From an uncultured Candidatus Saccharibacteria bacterium (GTDB lineage Bacteria > Patescibacteriota > Minisyncoccia > Phycocordibacterales > JAACPR01): 64,000 bases of DNA. The notes under the pieces are model-generated. The model was given only the letters and a program-made list of their open reading frames with translations, searched no databases and was not told the origin of the DNA. Both the position numbers and the translations under genes were made by a program. The stretch is taken from assembly GCA_964402215.1 (NCBI GenBank), contig CAYOAT010000003.1, positions 29,167 to 93,166 on the forward strand, written 5' to 3'. Positions 49,437 to 59,085 of the stretch are shown one piece after another. How positions within the stretch are numbered: position 1 is the stretch's first letter; every line of letters begins with the position of its first letter.

Positions 49437-50024
49437 ATGGCAATTACAACCGAGCAAATAAAGGAATTAAGAGACGCAACGAAAGTTTCAGTTATGCAGT
49501 GTAAAAAAGCTTTAGAAGAAGCAGAAGGTGATATCGAAAAAGCAAAAATTATTTTAAGAAAACAAAGTGCTATCACTGCTTCAAAAAAAGCTGAGAGAAC
49601 ATTGAATGCTGGAGTCGTTGCTTCTTATATTCATTCAGGAGGTAATGTTGGTGCCATGATTGAATTATTTTCTGAAACTGATTTCGTTTCAAAGAATGAA
49701 GAATTCAAAGTTCTTGCAAGAGAAATTGCCATGCAAGTTGCTGCGACTGCTCCTGAATTTGTTAAACCAGAAGATATCGATGAAAATTCAATGGTCAAAG
49801 CTAAAGAATTATTTGAAAAAGAGGCCGAAGGTAAACCTGCAGATATCAAAGAAAAGATTGTTGCTGGAAAACTAGATGCATATTTTGCTGAAAAAACTCT
49901 TATTAATCAGCCATACATAAAGAATCCGGAAACAACAATAAAAAATTTAATTAATGAAGCAACCCTAAAATTTGGAGAAAAAATTGAAGTGGGTCGCATC
50001 TCTAGGTTCTCGGTGTTAGGATAA
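49437..50024 (+). CDS. tsf: Elongation factor Ts
   Basis: ITTEQIKELRDATKVSVMQCKKALEEAEGDIEKA UBA-like N-terminus. 195 aa short type. Confidence 0.85.
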   Translation: MAITTEQIKELRDATKVSVMQCKKALEEAEGDIEKAKIILRKQSAITASKKAERTLNAGVVASYIHSGGNVGAMIELFSETDFVSKNEEFKVLAREIAMQVAATAPEFVKPEDIDENSMVKAKELFEKEAEGKPADIKEKIVAGKLDAYFAEKTLINQPYIKNPETTIKNLINEATLKFGEKIEVGRISRFSVLG

Positions 50025-50028
50025 TACC

Positions 50029-50400
50029 ATGTCAATTCTAATCTGGTTTTTTGTTATATCACTTGCTTTTCTATCGGTGATGATTTCATATCGAGCATAT
50101 GAAATTAAAAAAAACAGATCAATCATTTCTTTGGAATTTAGAAATAAAGTTGATGGTATTGTTATAAAACTTTTGTCTCGATCGATTATATTTTTTAATC
50201 GACTCTATATTAGAATAAAATTATTTTTTGCAAATTTGACTCATTCATTTTATGAAAAGTTACATTTTGCATGGCGCAAACTTTCTGGTAAGGTAGACAG
50301 GTATTTATTGAAATTAAAGGGTCGTAGAAATATTGGAAAAAAAGGCTCAGTTTCGATATACTGGCAGCAAGTGACAAAAAAGACGGAGGACGATAATTAA
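50029..50400 (+). CDS. Hypothetical membrane-anchored protein
   Basis: 123 aa, N-terminal TM, basic. Confidence 0.3.
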   Translation: MSILIWFFVISLAFLSVMISYRAYEIKKNRSIISLEFRNKVDGIVIKLLSRSIIFFNRLYIRIKLFFANLTHSFYEKLHFAWRKLSGKVDRYLLKLKGRRNIGKKGSVSIYWQQVTKKTEDDN

Positions 50401-50402
50401 TC

Positions 50403-50475
50403 GCCACCTTAGCTCAGTTGGTAGAGCAACGGTTTTGTAAACCGTAGGTCGTCGGTTCAAGCCCGACAGGTGGCT
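50403..50475 (+). tRNA. tRNA-Thr (anticodon UGU)
   Basis: GCCACCT TA GCTC AGTTGGTA GAGC A ACGGT TTTGTAA ACCGT AGGTC GTCGG TTCAAGC CCGAC AGGTGGC T. CCA not encoded. Confidence 0.85.
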
Positions 50476-50481
50476 CAAAAT

Positions 50482-52026
50482 ATGGAATACAAAGATACAC
50501 CTTATTTCCATGTAGCACACGCTCGCGATTTGAGTGGAAAAGACAGAGTTATTTATAGACTTTTGGAAATGTTTCCAGGTGTTTTGTCGTGGGGCACACT
50601 AGTCGGAATTGTGGTTGCTTCAATTTACAAGCCTGTTTGGGCTGCTATTTTCATTATCATTTTTGATTTATATTGGTTACTTAAAACCATTGATCTTGGG
50701 TACCATCAATATCACAATTGGAAGAGAATGAAACATAATATGGCCGAGGATTGGTATTCTCAACTTTCAAAATTTCGATATGAACATTTACAACACTTAA
50801 TTCTTTTGCCTTTTTATAATGAGGATGAATCAGTTATAGAAACCACATTACGCGCAATTGTAAATTCAGAATATCGTAAAGAAAATTTACATGTTGTTTT
50901 GGCAACCGAAGAGCGTGCGGGGGAAGAAGCTGCAGAAATCGCAAAAAAATTGAAATCAAAATATCAAAATCAAATTGGTGAAATTTTGATTACGGTTCAT
51001 CCAAAAGATTTGCCAGGAGAAATTTCTGGTAAAGGTCCAAATATTAGTTTTGCGGCAGAGGAAGCAAGATTAAAAATTATAAATGTTTTAAATTGGAAAT
51101 ATGAAGACGTAATTGTTTCTGCTTTTGATGTTGATACTGTAGTTGGTCCACAATATTTTGCTTGTTTAACTTGGCATTTTTTGACGACTCCGGAACCAAT
51201 GAAAGTCTCATTTCAACCAGTTCCTTTATATAACAATAATATTTGGCAAGCACCTTTTTTGTCGAGAATTGCAGCAATGTCCAGTACATTTTGGCAAATG
51301 ATTCAACAGGAGAGACCAGAAAAATTAGTGACATTTTCTTCCCATGCTGTTCCATTCAAAGCATTGCACGAAGTGAATTACTGGCAAAGAAATATGATTT
51401 CTGATGATTCCAGAATTTTTTGGAATTTATTTTTGGCGCACGATGGTGATTATTCTGTTGTACCAATTGCATATCCAGTTTCTATGGACGCTAATTTGGC
51501 GCCAACAACTTGGCAGACATTAAAAAATATTTATAAACAGCATAGACGCTGGATGTGGGGAGTAGAAAACATCCCATATATTTTATTTGGTTTTGTTAAG
51601 AATAAAAAAATTCCTTTAATAAAAAAATTACAGCATTTACAAATTCAAGTTACAGGTTTTTGGTCACTCGCAACAAATCCGCTGTTAATTCTTTTCCTTG
51701 GTTGGTTACCAATAATTTTAGGAGGTGATGAATTTAGAACAACTGTTTTATCTTATAATCTCCCTAGAGTTACTAGAAATTTGATGTTTGTAGCAATGCT
51801 TGGATTAGTTTTGTCTGCAATTGTGGCTGTCAGTTTGATGCCCCCAATGCCGGGTGAATATACAAAGAGAAAAAGACGTTGGATTGCAGTTGTACTCCAA
51901 TGGGTTTTTATTCCATTTTCAATTATAATTTTCGGATCAATTCCCGGTCTTGATTCACAAACAAGATTAATGATCGGACATTATTTTGGAAAGTTCTGGG
52001 TTACACCAAAACATCGAAAACAATAA
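50482..52026 (+). CDS. Membrane-embedded family-2 glycosyltransferase (processive synthase-like, QxxRW motif)
   Basis: Start MEYKDT (ORF track start at 50470 overlaps the tRNA). N-terminal TMs. FYNEDE, FDVDT (DxD), QHRRW motif. C-terminal TMs. Confidence 0.6.
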   Translation: MEYKDTPYFHVAHARDLSGKDRVIYRLLEMFPGVLSWGTLVGIVVASIYKPVWAAIFIIIFDLYWLLKTIDLGYHQYHNWKRMKHNMAEDWYSQLSKFRYEHLQHLILLPFYNEDESVIETTLRAIVNSEYRKENLHVVLATEERAGEEAAEIAKKLKSKYQNQIGEILITVHPKDLPGEISGKGPNISFAAEEARLKIINVLNWKYEDVIVSAFDVDTVVGPQYFACLTWHFLTTPEPMKVSFQPVPLYNNNIWQAPFLSRIAAMSSTFWQMIQQERPEKLVTFSSHAVPFKALHEVNYWQRNMISDDSRIFWNLFLAHDGDYSVVPIAYPVSMDANLAPTTWQTLKNIYKQHRRWMWGVENIPYILFGFVKNKKIPLIKKLQHLQIQVTGFWSLATNPLLILFLGWLPIILGGDEFRTTVLSYNLPRVTRNLMFVAMLGLVLSAIVAVSLMPPMPGEYTKRKRRWIAVVLQWVFIPFSIIIFGSIPGLDSQTRLMIGHYFGKFWVTPKHRKQ

Positions 52027-52028
52027 AT

Positions 52029-53021
52029 ATGATTCCATTAACAAAGAAAACCAGAAGAAATATTTTTATTACCTTGATGGTGGTGTTTGTTTTGGCCGCA
52101 CCAGTTATTTTGGCAAAATCGCTTGGTTACAAAATTGAACAGCTTGATGATATTTTTACTTTAGTTAAAACTGGTGGAATTTATTTACATTCCGATATTA
52201 CAAATGCACAAATTTATCTAGATGATAAATATGTAGAAAAAAATGGACTGTTGTTGCGAAATACATTGATTCAAAGTTTGAAACCTGAAAAGACATATCA
52301 CGTTGTGGTTAAAAAAGAGGGAATGAATTCCTGGGAGAAAACATTAATGGTTTATCCTTCAGTTGTCTCTGAGGCCAGGGTTTTGATGTTACCAGTTGAA
52401 GTTAAAACAACGGCTGTTTACCCATTTTTAGATAAGGATGGAATTGGGACAACAACACCGCAAACTTTTGTTTCAACTCAAAATGGAATTCCAACTAATC
52501 TTGAATATTTAGAATTGCAAAAATTATTTATTGAAGCGACATCCACACCAATTGCTGTCACAAAACCGTCAAAAAAAATATCGAGTGCAACGACAACTTC
52601 AACAACCACTAAAACAATTCCTGATTATTTTATAAAACTTGGTATTGCAGATCCAGATTCTTTAAAAAATCTTATTGTTAGTGGTGATCAAGTTTCATGG
52701 CTTTCAAATGATAATGTTGCAGTTAATTGGGTTTCAGACAATAATATCCAGCCATATTATTATTGTCTCGATTTAACAAACTGTAGAACGTTAATTAACG
52801 TTGATTTAGAAAAACCCGTTATTTCATTTGATTTTCTTCAAGGAAGAGACGATGCTTTGATAGTTTTACATGATAATGGTTTGTATGCTGTTGAAATTGA
52901 TGATCGTTCCGAAAGAAATATTCAACCAATATATTTAGGTAAAGACTTGAAATTTGAAATAAACTCTCGTGATCAGATTGTGGTTTTGGATTCTGAAATA
53001 TTTTACAAAATTGAGCTCTAG
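52029..53021 (+). CDS. Membrane-anchored protein with PEGA-like domain
   Basis: N-terminal TM. GGIYLHSDITNAQIYLDD...KPEKTYHVVVKKEGMNSWEKTLMV resembles PEGA beta-sandwich. Thr/Ser-rich linker. Confidence 0.4.
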   Translation: MIPLTKKTRRNIFITLMVVFVLAAPVILAKSLGYKIEQLDDIFTLVKTGGIYLHSDITNAQIYLDDKYVEKNGLLLRNTLIQSLKPEKTYHVVVKKEGMNSWEKTLMVYPSVVSEARVLMLPVEVKTTAVYPFLDKDGIGTTTPQTFVSTQNGIPTNLEYLELQKLFIEATSTPIAVTKPSKKISSATTTSTTTKTIPDYFIKLGIADPDSLKNLIVSGDQVSWLSNDNVAVNWVSDNNIQPYYYCLDLTNCRTLINVDLEKPVISFDFLQGRDDALIVLHDNGLYAVEIDDRSERNIQPIYLGKDLKFEINSRDQIVVLDSEIFYKIEL

Positions 53022-53077
53022 TTTTCGCGGGGAATGAAACCTGGCTTTAAAACTATTTTTGATATAAAATTGCCCTC

Positions 53078-53773
53078 ATGAACGAAGAAAAAGGGCATAT
53101 TCACGTTATAAATCGTATTACTGATGACATTGTTAAAGTTTTTAAAGAAATGGATTTCGAAGTTGTTTTAAGTAACGAAATAGAGGATGAATACCACAAT
53201 TTTGACGCTTTGAATGTTCCAAAGGATCATCCTGCAAGAGATATGCAAGATACATTTTGGTTGGCAACAAATCCAGCAAGCCTTTTGCGTACACAGACTT
53301 CAGGAACACAAATTCGATATATGGAGAAAAATAAACCGCCATTAAAAATTGTTGTTCCTGGAAAAGTTTATAGATATGAGGCCACTGACAGAACTCACGA
53401 AGTTCAATTCCATCAAATTGAAGGTTTGGTTGTTGGTGAGGGAATTAATATGCGCCACCTAAAATTTGCGTTGAATAGTTTTATAAAAAAACTTTATGGT
53501 AAGAAAACCGAAATAAGATTTCGTCCTGGATATTTTCCATTCGTTGAACCGGGAATTGAAATTGATATGAGACGTAAAGACGGTAGTTGGGTGGAAGTTC
53601 TAGGCGCCGGCATGGTTCATCCAAACGTTTTAAATAATGTTGGAATTGATTCAAAAAAATATACAGGATTTGCTTTCGGTGCAGGCTTGGATCGATTAGC
53701 AATGATCAAATATGGAATTGATGATATTAGAGGACTTTATAATGGTGATTTACGTTTGGTTAATCAGTTTTAA
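53078..53773 (+). CDS. pheS: Phenylalanine--tRNA ligase alpha subunit (catalytic core only, 231 aa)
   Basis: Class II motifs FWLATNPASLLRTQTSGTQIRYM, RYEATDRTHEVQFHQIEG, GFAFGAGLDRLAMI. Confidence 0.85.
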   Translation: MNEEKGHIHVINRITDDIVKVFKEMDFEVVLSNEIEDEYHNFDALNVPKDHPARDMQDTFWLATNPASLLRTQTSGTQIRYMEKNKPPLKIVVPGKVYRYEATDRTHEVQFHQIEGLVVGEGINMRHLKFALNSFIKKLYGKKTEIRFRPGYFPFVEPGIEIDMRRKDGSWVEVLGAGMVHPNVLNNVGIDSKKYTGFAFGAGLDRLAMIKYGIDDIRGLYNGDLRLVNQF

Positions 53774-53789
53774 TTAAATAATTAATAAC

Positions 53790-56129
53790 ATGCTTATTTC
53801 CTATAATTGGCTAAAAGAATATTTTAAAAAGTTACCAAAACCAGAAAAATTGGAGGAACTTTTGACTAAAAGATCTTATGAAGTTGAAGACCTGGATAAA
53901 ATCGATGATGATTATGTTTTTAATATTGATGTCCTTCCAAACCGCTCACATGATTCGCTTTGTCATTATGGAATAGCAAAAGAGGTTTCTACTATTACGG
54001 GTTTAAAGTTTCTAGATAAACTTTCTAAAATAGAAAAAATTATTACTGGTAAAAAATCACCAGTCAAAGTATCTATTTCTGGAAATTTTTGCAAGAGATA
54101 TATTGCCAGACAAATTGATGGTATAGAAATAAAAGATTCTCCAAAAGAAATAAAAGATAAGTTAAAGTCCTTGGGTCAAAAATCTATTAATAACATTGTT
54201 GATATTACAAATATTGTAATGTTTGAAATGGGTCAGCCGATGCATGCGTTTGATACACAAAAATTGTCTGGCAATACAATTTTCGTTCGAAGTGCTATAG
54301 ATGGAGAACAGATTACTACTTTGGATAAGCAAGAAATTAAACTTTCTGTAAAAGATTATGTAATTGCGGATAAAGATAGTGTGTTAGCTGTTGCCGGAAT
54401 TAAAGGCGGCAAGAAAGCCGAAGTAAATAAAAATACAACAAGCATTGTTTTGGAAGCCGCAAATTTTAATCAAACTGATACCAGAAAAACATCAAAGAGA
54501 ATAAATGTTGGAACCGAATCGTCCAAACGTTTTGAAAACGAAATTACACCAGCGATTGCTGAACAAGCGATTGATTTGGCAACTGATTTAATTTTGAAAT
54601 ACGCTGCAACAGATGGTGTGGTTGTTTATGATTCAGTCGATGTTTATCCACGACAAGCAAATATTTATAAAACTGGAGTTTCAGTTGCGGATGTTGAGGC
54701 CTTACTTGGTTTAAAACTATCCGAAAGACAAATTAGAAAAACTTTACAAGCTTTAGATTTTCCATTTGAAATTGTTGATGTAAGAAAAAAAATAGTTGAA
54801 GAAGCAAAAAAATATTTAGGACAACCATATGAACTACACGCTAGTGTCCGATTTGATGCACCACGCAAGTTTGATTGTTCTTCTTTTACGGCTTTCGTCT
54901 TTGCACAGGCTGGGCTAACTATCCCAAGAATTTCTATTGATCAGTTTGTATTTGGTCGTGAAATAAAACGTGCAGAGTTGCAGGCAGGAGATTTAGTATT
55001 CGGTAATAATGAGGTTGGACATGTCTGGGATAAAACAGTCGAATATTTGCCTGGAACTTCTGTTCTAGGCGGAATTGATCATGTTGGAATTTACCTAGGC
55101 GAAAATAAAGTTATTCATTGTAGTCGATACAATAAAAATGGGGTCGAGATTTCTGATCTTGATAATTGTTCATCTTTTAAAAAACTTACAAAATGTGCGA
55201 GTCTTATTGAATCTGAAAAACGATTTGTAGTTAGTGTTCCAGTTAGACGTCTAGATATTACAAATAAAACTGAACTTGTAGAAGAAATCGGACGAATCTT
55301 TGGTTATGAATATGTTAAAGATCAAGAAATACCAAAAAATTCTTTTGAATCAAAAATTCAAAAAGCCTATGCTTACAATAATTTAATTAGAAAAACATTG
55401 TCAGATTTAGGTTTTTCAGAAGTTATTACTTACACTTTCGTGAAAGAAGGGGATATTACGCCAGAAAAGCCAATCGCAGATGATAAGGCGTTTCTGCGTA
55501 CAACTTTACGAACAGGCATGATTGATGCTCTAGAGAAGAATCTAAGAAATATTGATTTATTTGGTCTTGATCAAATAAAATTATTTGAAATTGGTAAGGT
55601 TTTTCCAAAGGATGGCGAAAAACTATTTTTATCAATTGGTGTCATAAATAAAAATGGTTTTAAAAAACAAAAACCAACTGAAAGTGTAAAACTTGCTGTT
55701 GAGGCGTTATCGGTTGCTTTCAACCAGAAAATCACTGTTAGTATTTCTGATAATGATAATTTTGTCGAAATAAATTTGGATAAATTCTACGAGTCATTAT
55801 CAGTACCGACTGAACTATATAATTTACCAGAAATTGAATCTGTAACTTACAAACCAATTTCGGCTTTTCCATTCATCTTGCGCGACATAGCTGTTTGGAT
55901 ACCAAACAATATTGATCCATTAAAACTATTAAATATTATTAATAAATACTCAGAAAATTTGCTTGTTAAAACAAAACTTTTTGATGTCTATAAGAAGGAA
56001 GACAAAACTTCTTTTGCCTACCGATTGGTATTCCAGTCTAATGAAAAGACATTAACTGATGCAGAAATAAATGTCATTATGGAATCAATAAATAAAGATT
56101 TGTCCGATAAGGGTTGGGAAGTTAGATAA
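53790..56129 (+). CDS. pheT: Phenylalanine--tRNA ligase beta subunit with an inserted NlpC/P60 papain-like domain
   Basis: B1 (MLISYNWLKEYF...NRSHDSLCHYGIAKEV), B3/4 (VDITNIVMFEMGQPMHAFD), B5 (...LQALDFPFEIVD). Then ~130-aa block KKYLGQPYELHAS..FDCSSFTAFVFAQAGLTIPRISIDQ...GDLVF....HVGIYLGENKVIHCS...GVEISDL = NlpC/P60 signature. Then B5 resumes (KRFVVSVPVRRLDI...EEIGRIFGYE) and the C-terminal FDX-ACB domain follows. Confidence 0.85.
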   Translation: MLISYNWLKEYFKKLPKPEKLEELLTKRSYEVEDLDKIDDDYVFNIDVLPNRSHDSLCHYGIAKEVSTITGLKFLDKLSKIEKIITGKKSPVKVSISGNFCKRYIARQIDGIEIKDSPKEIKDKLKSLGQKSINNIVDITNIVMFEMGQPMHAFDTQKLSGNTIFVRSAIDGEQITTLDKQEIKLSVKDYVIADKDSVLAVAGIKGGKKAEVNKNTTSIVLEAANFNQTDTRKTSKRINVGTESSKRFENEITPAIAEQAIDLATDLILKYAATDGVVVYDSVDVYPRQANIYKTGVSVADVEALLGLKLSERQIRKTLQALDFPFEIVDVRKKIVEEAKKYLGQPYELHASVRFDAPRKFDCSSFTAFVFAQAGLTIPRISIDQFVFGREIKRAELQAGDLVFGNNEVGHVWDKTVEYLPGTSVLGGIDHVGIYLGENKVIHCSRYNKNGVEISDLDNCSSFKKLTKCASLIESEKRFVVSVPVRRLDITNKTELVEEIGRIFGYEYVKDQEIPKNSFESKIQKAYAYNNLIRKTLSDLGFSEVITYTFVKEGDITPEKPIADDKAFLRTTLRTGMIDALEKNLRNIDLFGLDQIKLFEIGKVFPKDGEKLFLSIGVINKNGFKKQKPTESVKLAVEALSVAFNQKITVSISDNDNFVEINLDKFYESLSVPTELYNLPEIESVTYKPISAFPFILRDIAVWIPNNIDPLKLLNIINKYSENLLVKTKLFDVYKKEDKTSFAYRLVFQSNEKTLTDAEINVIMESINKDLSDKGWEVR

Positions 56130-56214
56130 GTAGTCATAAAAACTTTAGAACTTTTTTAAAAAGATTTTAACTAAATCAGCTATAACAGTTATGGAAAAAA
56201 AGAAAGGAAATAAA

Positions 56215-56787
56215 ATGAAAGTTGTTTTGAATGTACCTTATTTTTCACAAAATTCTGATTTGGTTCCCGAGAAATGGAGAAACGTTTCTTGTGGTATTGC
56301 AGCTGTAAAAATGATTCTGGATTTTTTAGTAAAAAAATCACCACTAATTAATTTATTAATTGATGAGGGAATTGCAATTAATGGTTATACAAAAGATGGG
56401 TGGTCACATGAATCTTTAGTCAGACTTTTGCGGAATCACGGTGTAATGGCATATTCTCAGGAGTTTCGTTCCGTCAGTATCCAGATTGATGAAATTCATG
56501 GCGTTACAATGCTTTCTGGAAAATATGATTTGTCACTTTCAGAATTTGGTATCAATAAAATAACATCAAAATTATTAAATGGTTTACCCGTAATAGTTTC
56601 TGTTAAACCAAATTTTAATAACAACAAACATTCGCATTTAATATTGATTGTTGGTTTTGACAATAAAAAGAAAATTCTTTATTACCATGACCCAGATTCT
56701 CGTGATGGAATATGTTTAAAAAGCACGGAAATTAAGGTCAAAGAATTTATCAAATATTGGCGAAAACTTGCAATATTTATTGATTAA
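56215..56787 (+). CDS. Peptidase_C39-like (C39_2/YvpB-BtrH-like) papain-fold protein
   Basis: Probable start MKVVLNVPYFSQNSD...WRNVSCGIAAVKMIL (VP.Q....CG..a.mvl) and C-terminal HSHLILIVGFDNKKKILYYHDP...EFIKYWRKLAIFI. Terminator hairpin ~56790-56825. Confidence 0.55.
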   Translation: MKVVLNVPYFSQNSDLVPEKWRNVSCGIAAVKMILDFLVKKSPLINLLIDEGIAINGYTKDGWSHESLVRLLRNHGVMAYSQEFRSVSIQIDEIHGVTMLSGKYDLSLSEFGINKITSKLLNGLPVIVSVKPNFNNNKHSHLILIVGFDNKKKILYYHDPDSRDGICLKSTEIKVKEFIKYWRKLAIFID

Positions 56788-56865
56788 AAAACCACCCGTA
56801 ATTTCATATATACGAGTGGTTATTACACTTGTTAATATTGGGGATTTTGATAAAATATAGAAATA

Positions 56866-58989
56866 ATGACACTCAAAAAAGACGATGCAAAAGAAGTAGG
56901 AAAGGCCCCACAAAAAGGGGCTAAAAATAACGCAAAAGGGGGAGGAAAAGGACATCTATATAATGCCGACGAAATCACCGTTTTAGAGGGGCTAGAACCC
57001 GTCAGAATGCGTCCCGGTATGTATATTGGTACAACAGGCCCTGATGGTTTGCATCACCTTGTAACAGAGATTTTTGACAATTCCCGCGACGAAGCCATGG
57101 GTGGGTTTGCTGATCACATAGAGGTGGCCTTGCTACCAGAGGGTTACGTCAGAGTCGCTGATAACGGTCGTGGTATTCCTATTGATAAACACAAACAAAC
57201 AAAAGTTTCAGCTCTTGAGACTGTTATGACGACGTTACACGCCGGAGGTAAATTCGGTGGTGAGGACAGCGGCTACAAAGTTTCTGGAGGTTTGCACGGC
57301 GTCGGTGCTTCTGTGGTAAACGCTTTATCTGAACATCTTTTTGTTGAAGTCCATCGTGATGGGGGAAAATATTTTCAGGAATACAATATTGGAAAGAAAA
57401 AATCTGCTGTAAAGCAAATTTCGAAAAGTAAATATACTGGAACAGTTGTGACATTTAAACCAGATGCTTCTATTTTTGAAACAGTTGAGTTTGATTTTAA
57501 AAAGGTTGTTGAACATTTACGACTTCAGGCCTACCTTGTAAAAGGTCTACGAATCACAGTTATTGATGCTAGAAATTATAAGGAAAAAATTAATTTGGAT
57601 GATGTTTTATATATTGCCGAGACTGGTGAATCAGTTGATTCTAAAACATTTTATTTTGAGGGCGGCCTTGCATCACTCGTAAGTTTTAAAAATAAATTTA
57701 ATAAACCAGTTCATCGAAATATTTTTTATGTCGACAAATCTTCTGAGGATAACAAAGTCGAAGTAGAAGTGGCTCTTCAATATATTGATGATATTTCTCC
57801 ACGTCTTACCGCTTTTGCGAACAATATTTATAACAGCGAAGGCGGAACACATATTACTGGTTTTAAAACTGCTCTAACACGATGTTTAAACAATTACGGT
57901 AAGAAAAATAATTTAATAAAAGAAGCTGACGGTGGTTTCACTGGTGATGATGCGCTCGAGGGAATCACAGCTGTTGTTTCTATTAAAATGGGTGCGGAAA
58001 TTCAATTTGAAGGTCAGACAAAGTCAAAGTTGGGTTCAACCGAAGCTCGTGGTGCAGTCGAGGGGATTTTCGGTGAAGCTTTTAATGCTTTCCTTGAAGA
58101 AAATCCTGATGATGCAAAATCTATTATAAGTAAAGTTGTTTTGGCTTTACGAGCACGAAAAGCGGCAAAAGCTGCAAAAGATTCTGTTCTTCGAAAGGGA
58201 GCTTTGGAAGGAATGACTTTGCCAGGAAAATTGGCAGATTGTCAGACAAAATTGGCTGAAGAATCAGAAATATTTATTGTGGAGGGAGACTCTGCGGGTG
58301 GTACAGCAAAAACTGGTCGTGATCGACGTACTCAGGCCGTTCTACCTTTGCGAGGTAAAATTTTGAATGTTGAAAGAGCCCGTCTAGATAGAATGTTGGG
58401 TTCAGAACAAATTAAAAACTTAGTCGTCGCGATGGGTACAGCAATTGGCGATACATTTGATATATCAAAATTGCGATATCACAAGATTATTATTGCAACA
58501 GATGCCGATGTCGATGGTGCTCACATTAGAACTTTGCTTTTGACTTTATTTTATAGATATTTTAAACCCGTAATTGATGGAGGATTTTTGTATATTGCGC
58601 AACCACCGTTATATAAACTGGCTCGAGGAAAAGAAGTTCATTATGTTTTTAGTGATGAGGAAAAAAATAAATTAGTCGGAAAGGGTGGTGATGTTATTGA
58701 GGAAGATGTAGAAGAATCAGATGAAGAGCCTACTGCAGAGGATGTTGAAAAAACTGCAAAAAGAGCAGAAACCAAATGGCGAATTCAAAGATATAAAGGT
58801 CTTGGAGAAATGAATGCTGATGAATTGGCTGAGACAACAATGAATGTGAAGAATCGTATTTTGAAGCAAGTTAGAATCGATGATGCGATAGAGGCCGATT
58901 CAATTTTTGACATGCTAATGGGTACAGATGTTCCAGCTAGAAAATCTTATATTACAAACAACGCAAAATACGCTGATTTGGATATTTAG
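56866..58989 (+). CDS. gyrB: DNA gyrase subunit B
   Basis: GHKL ATPase motifs (LHHLVTEIFDNSRDEA, GLHGVGASVVNALS), Toprim (IVEGDSAGG), C-terminal tail ending ...NAKYADLDI. Confidence 0.9.
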   Translation: MTLKKDDAKEVGKAPQKGAKNNAKGGGKGHLYNADEITVLEGLEPVRMRPGMYIGTTGPDGLHHLVTEIFDNSRDEAMGGFADHIEVALLPEGYVRVADNGRGIPIDKHKQTKVSALETVMTTLHAGGKFGGEDSGYKVSGGLHGVGASVVNALSEHLFVEVHRDGGKYFQEYNIGKKKSAVKQISKSKYTGTVVTFKPDASIFETVEFDFKKVVEHLRLQAYLVKGLRITVIDARNYKEKINLDDVLYIAETGESVDSKTFYFEGGLASLVSFKNKFNKPVHRNIFYVDKSSEDNKVEVEVALQYIDDISPRLTAFANNIYNSEGGTHITGFKTALTRCLNNYGKKNNLIKEADGGFTGDDALEGITAVVSIKMGAEIQFEGQTKSKLGSTEARGAVEGIFGEAFNAFLEENPDDAKSIISKVVLALRARKAAKAAKDSVLRKGALEGMTLPGKLADCQTKLAEESEIFIVEGDSAGGTAKTGRDRRTQAVLPLRGKILNVERARLDRMLGSEQIKNLVVAMGTAIGDTFDISKLRYHKIIIATDADVDGAHIRTLLLTLFYRYFKPVIDGGFLYIAQPPLYKLARGKEVHYVFSDEEKNKLVGKGGDVIEEDVEESDEEPTAEDVEKTAKRAETKWRIQRYKGLGEMNADELAETTMNVKNRILKQVRIDDAIEADSIFDMLMGTDVPARKSYITNNAKYADLDI

Positions 58990-59085
58990 AAGTTAAGAAA
59001 TACAAAAAACACCTTTTATTCGATCCAGTCCTCGATTTGTTTTATAAACAAATCTGCGGAGGATCTCAAAAAGGTGTTTTTTGTA

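Noticed and set aside
50470-50481. ORF-track start of the GT2 gene at 50470
   Set aside because: That Met lies inside tRNA-Thr (ends 50475). The next in-frame ATG (MEYKD, 50482) is used instead.
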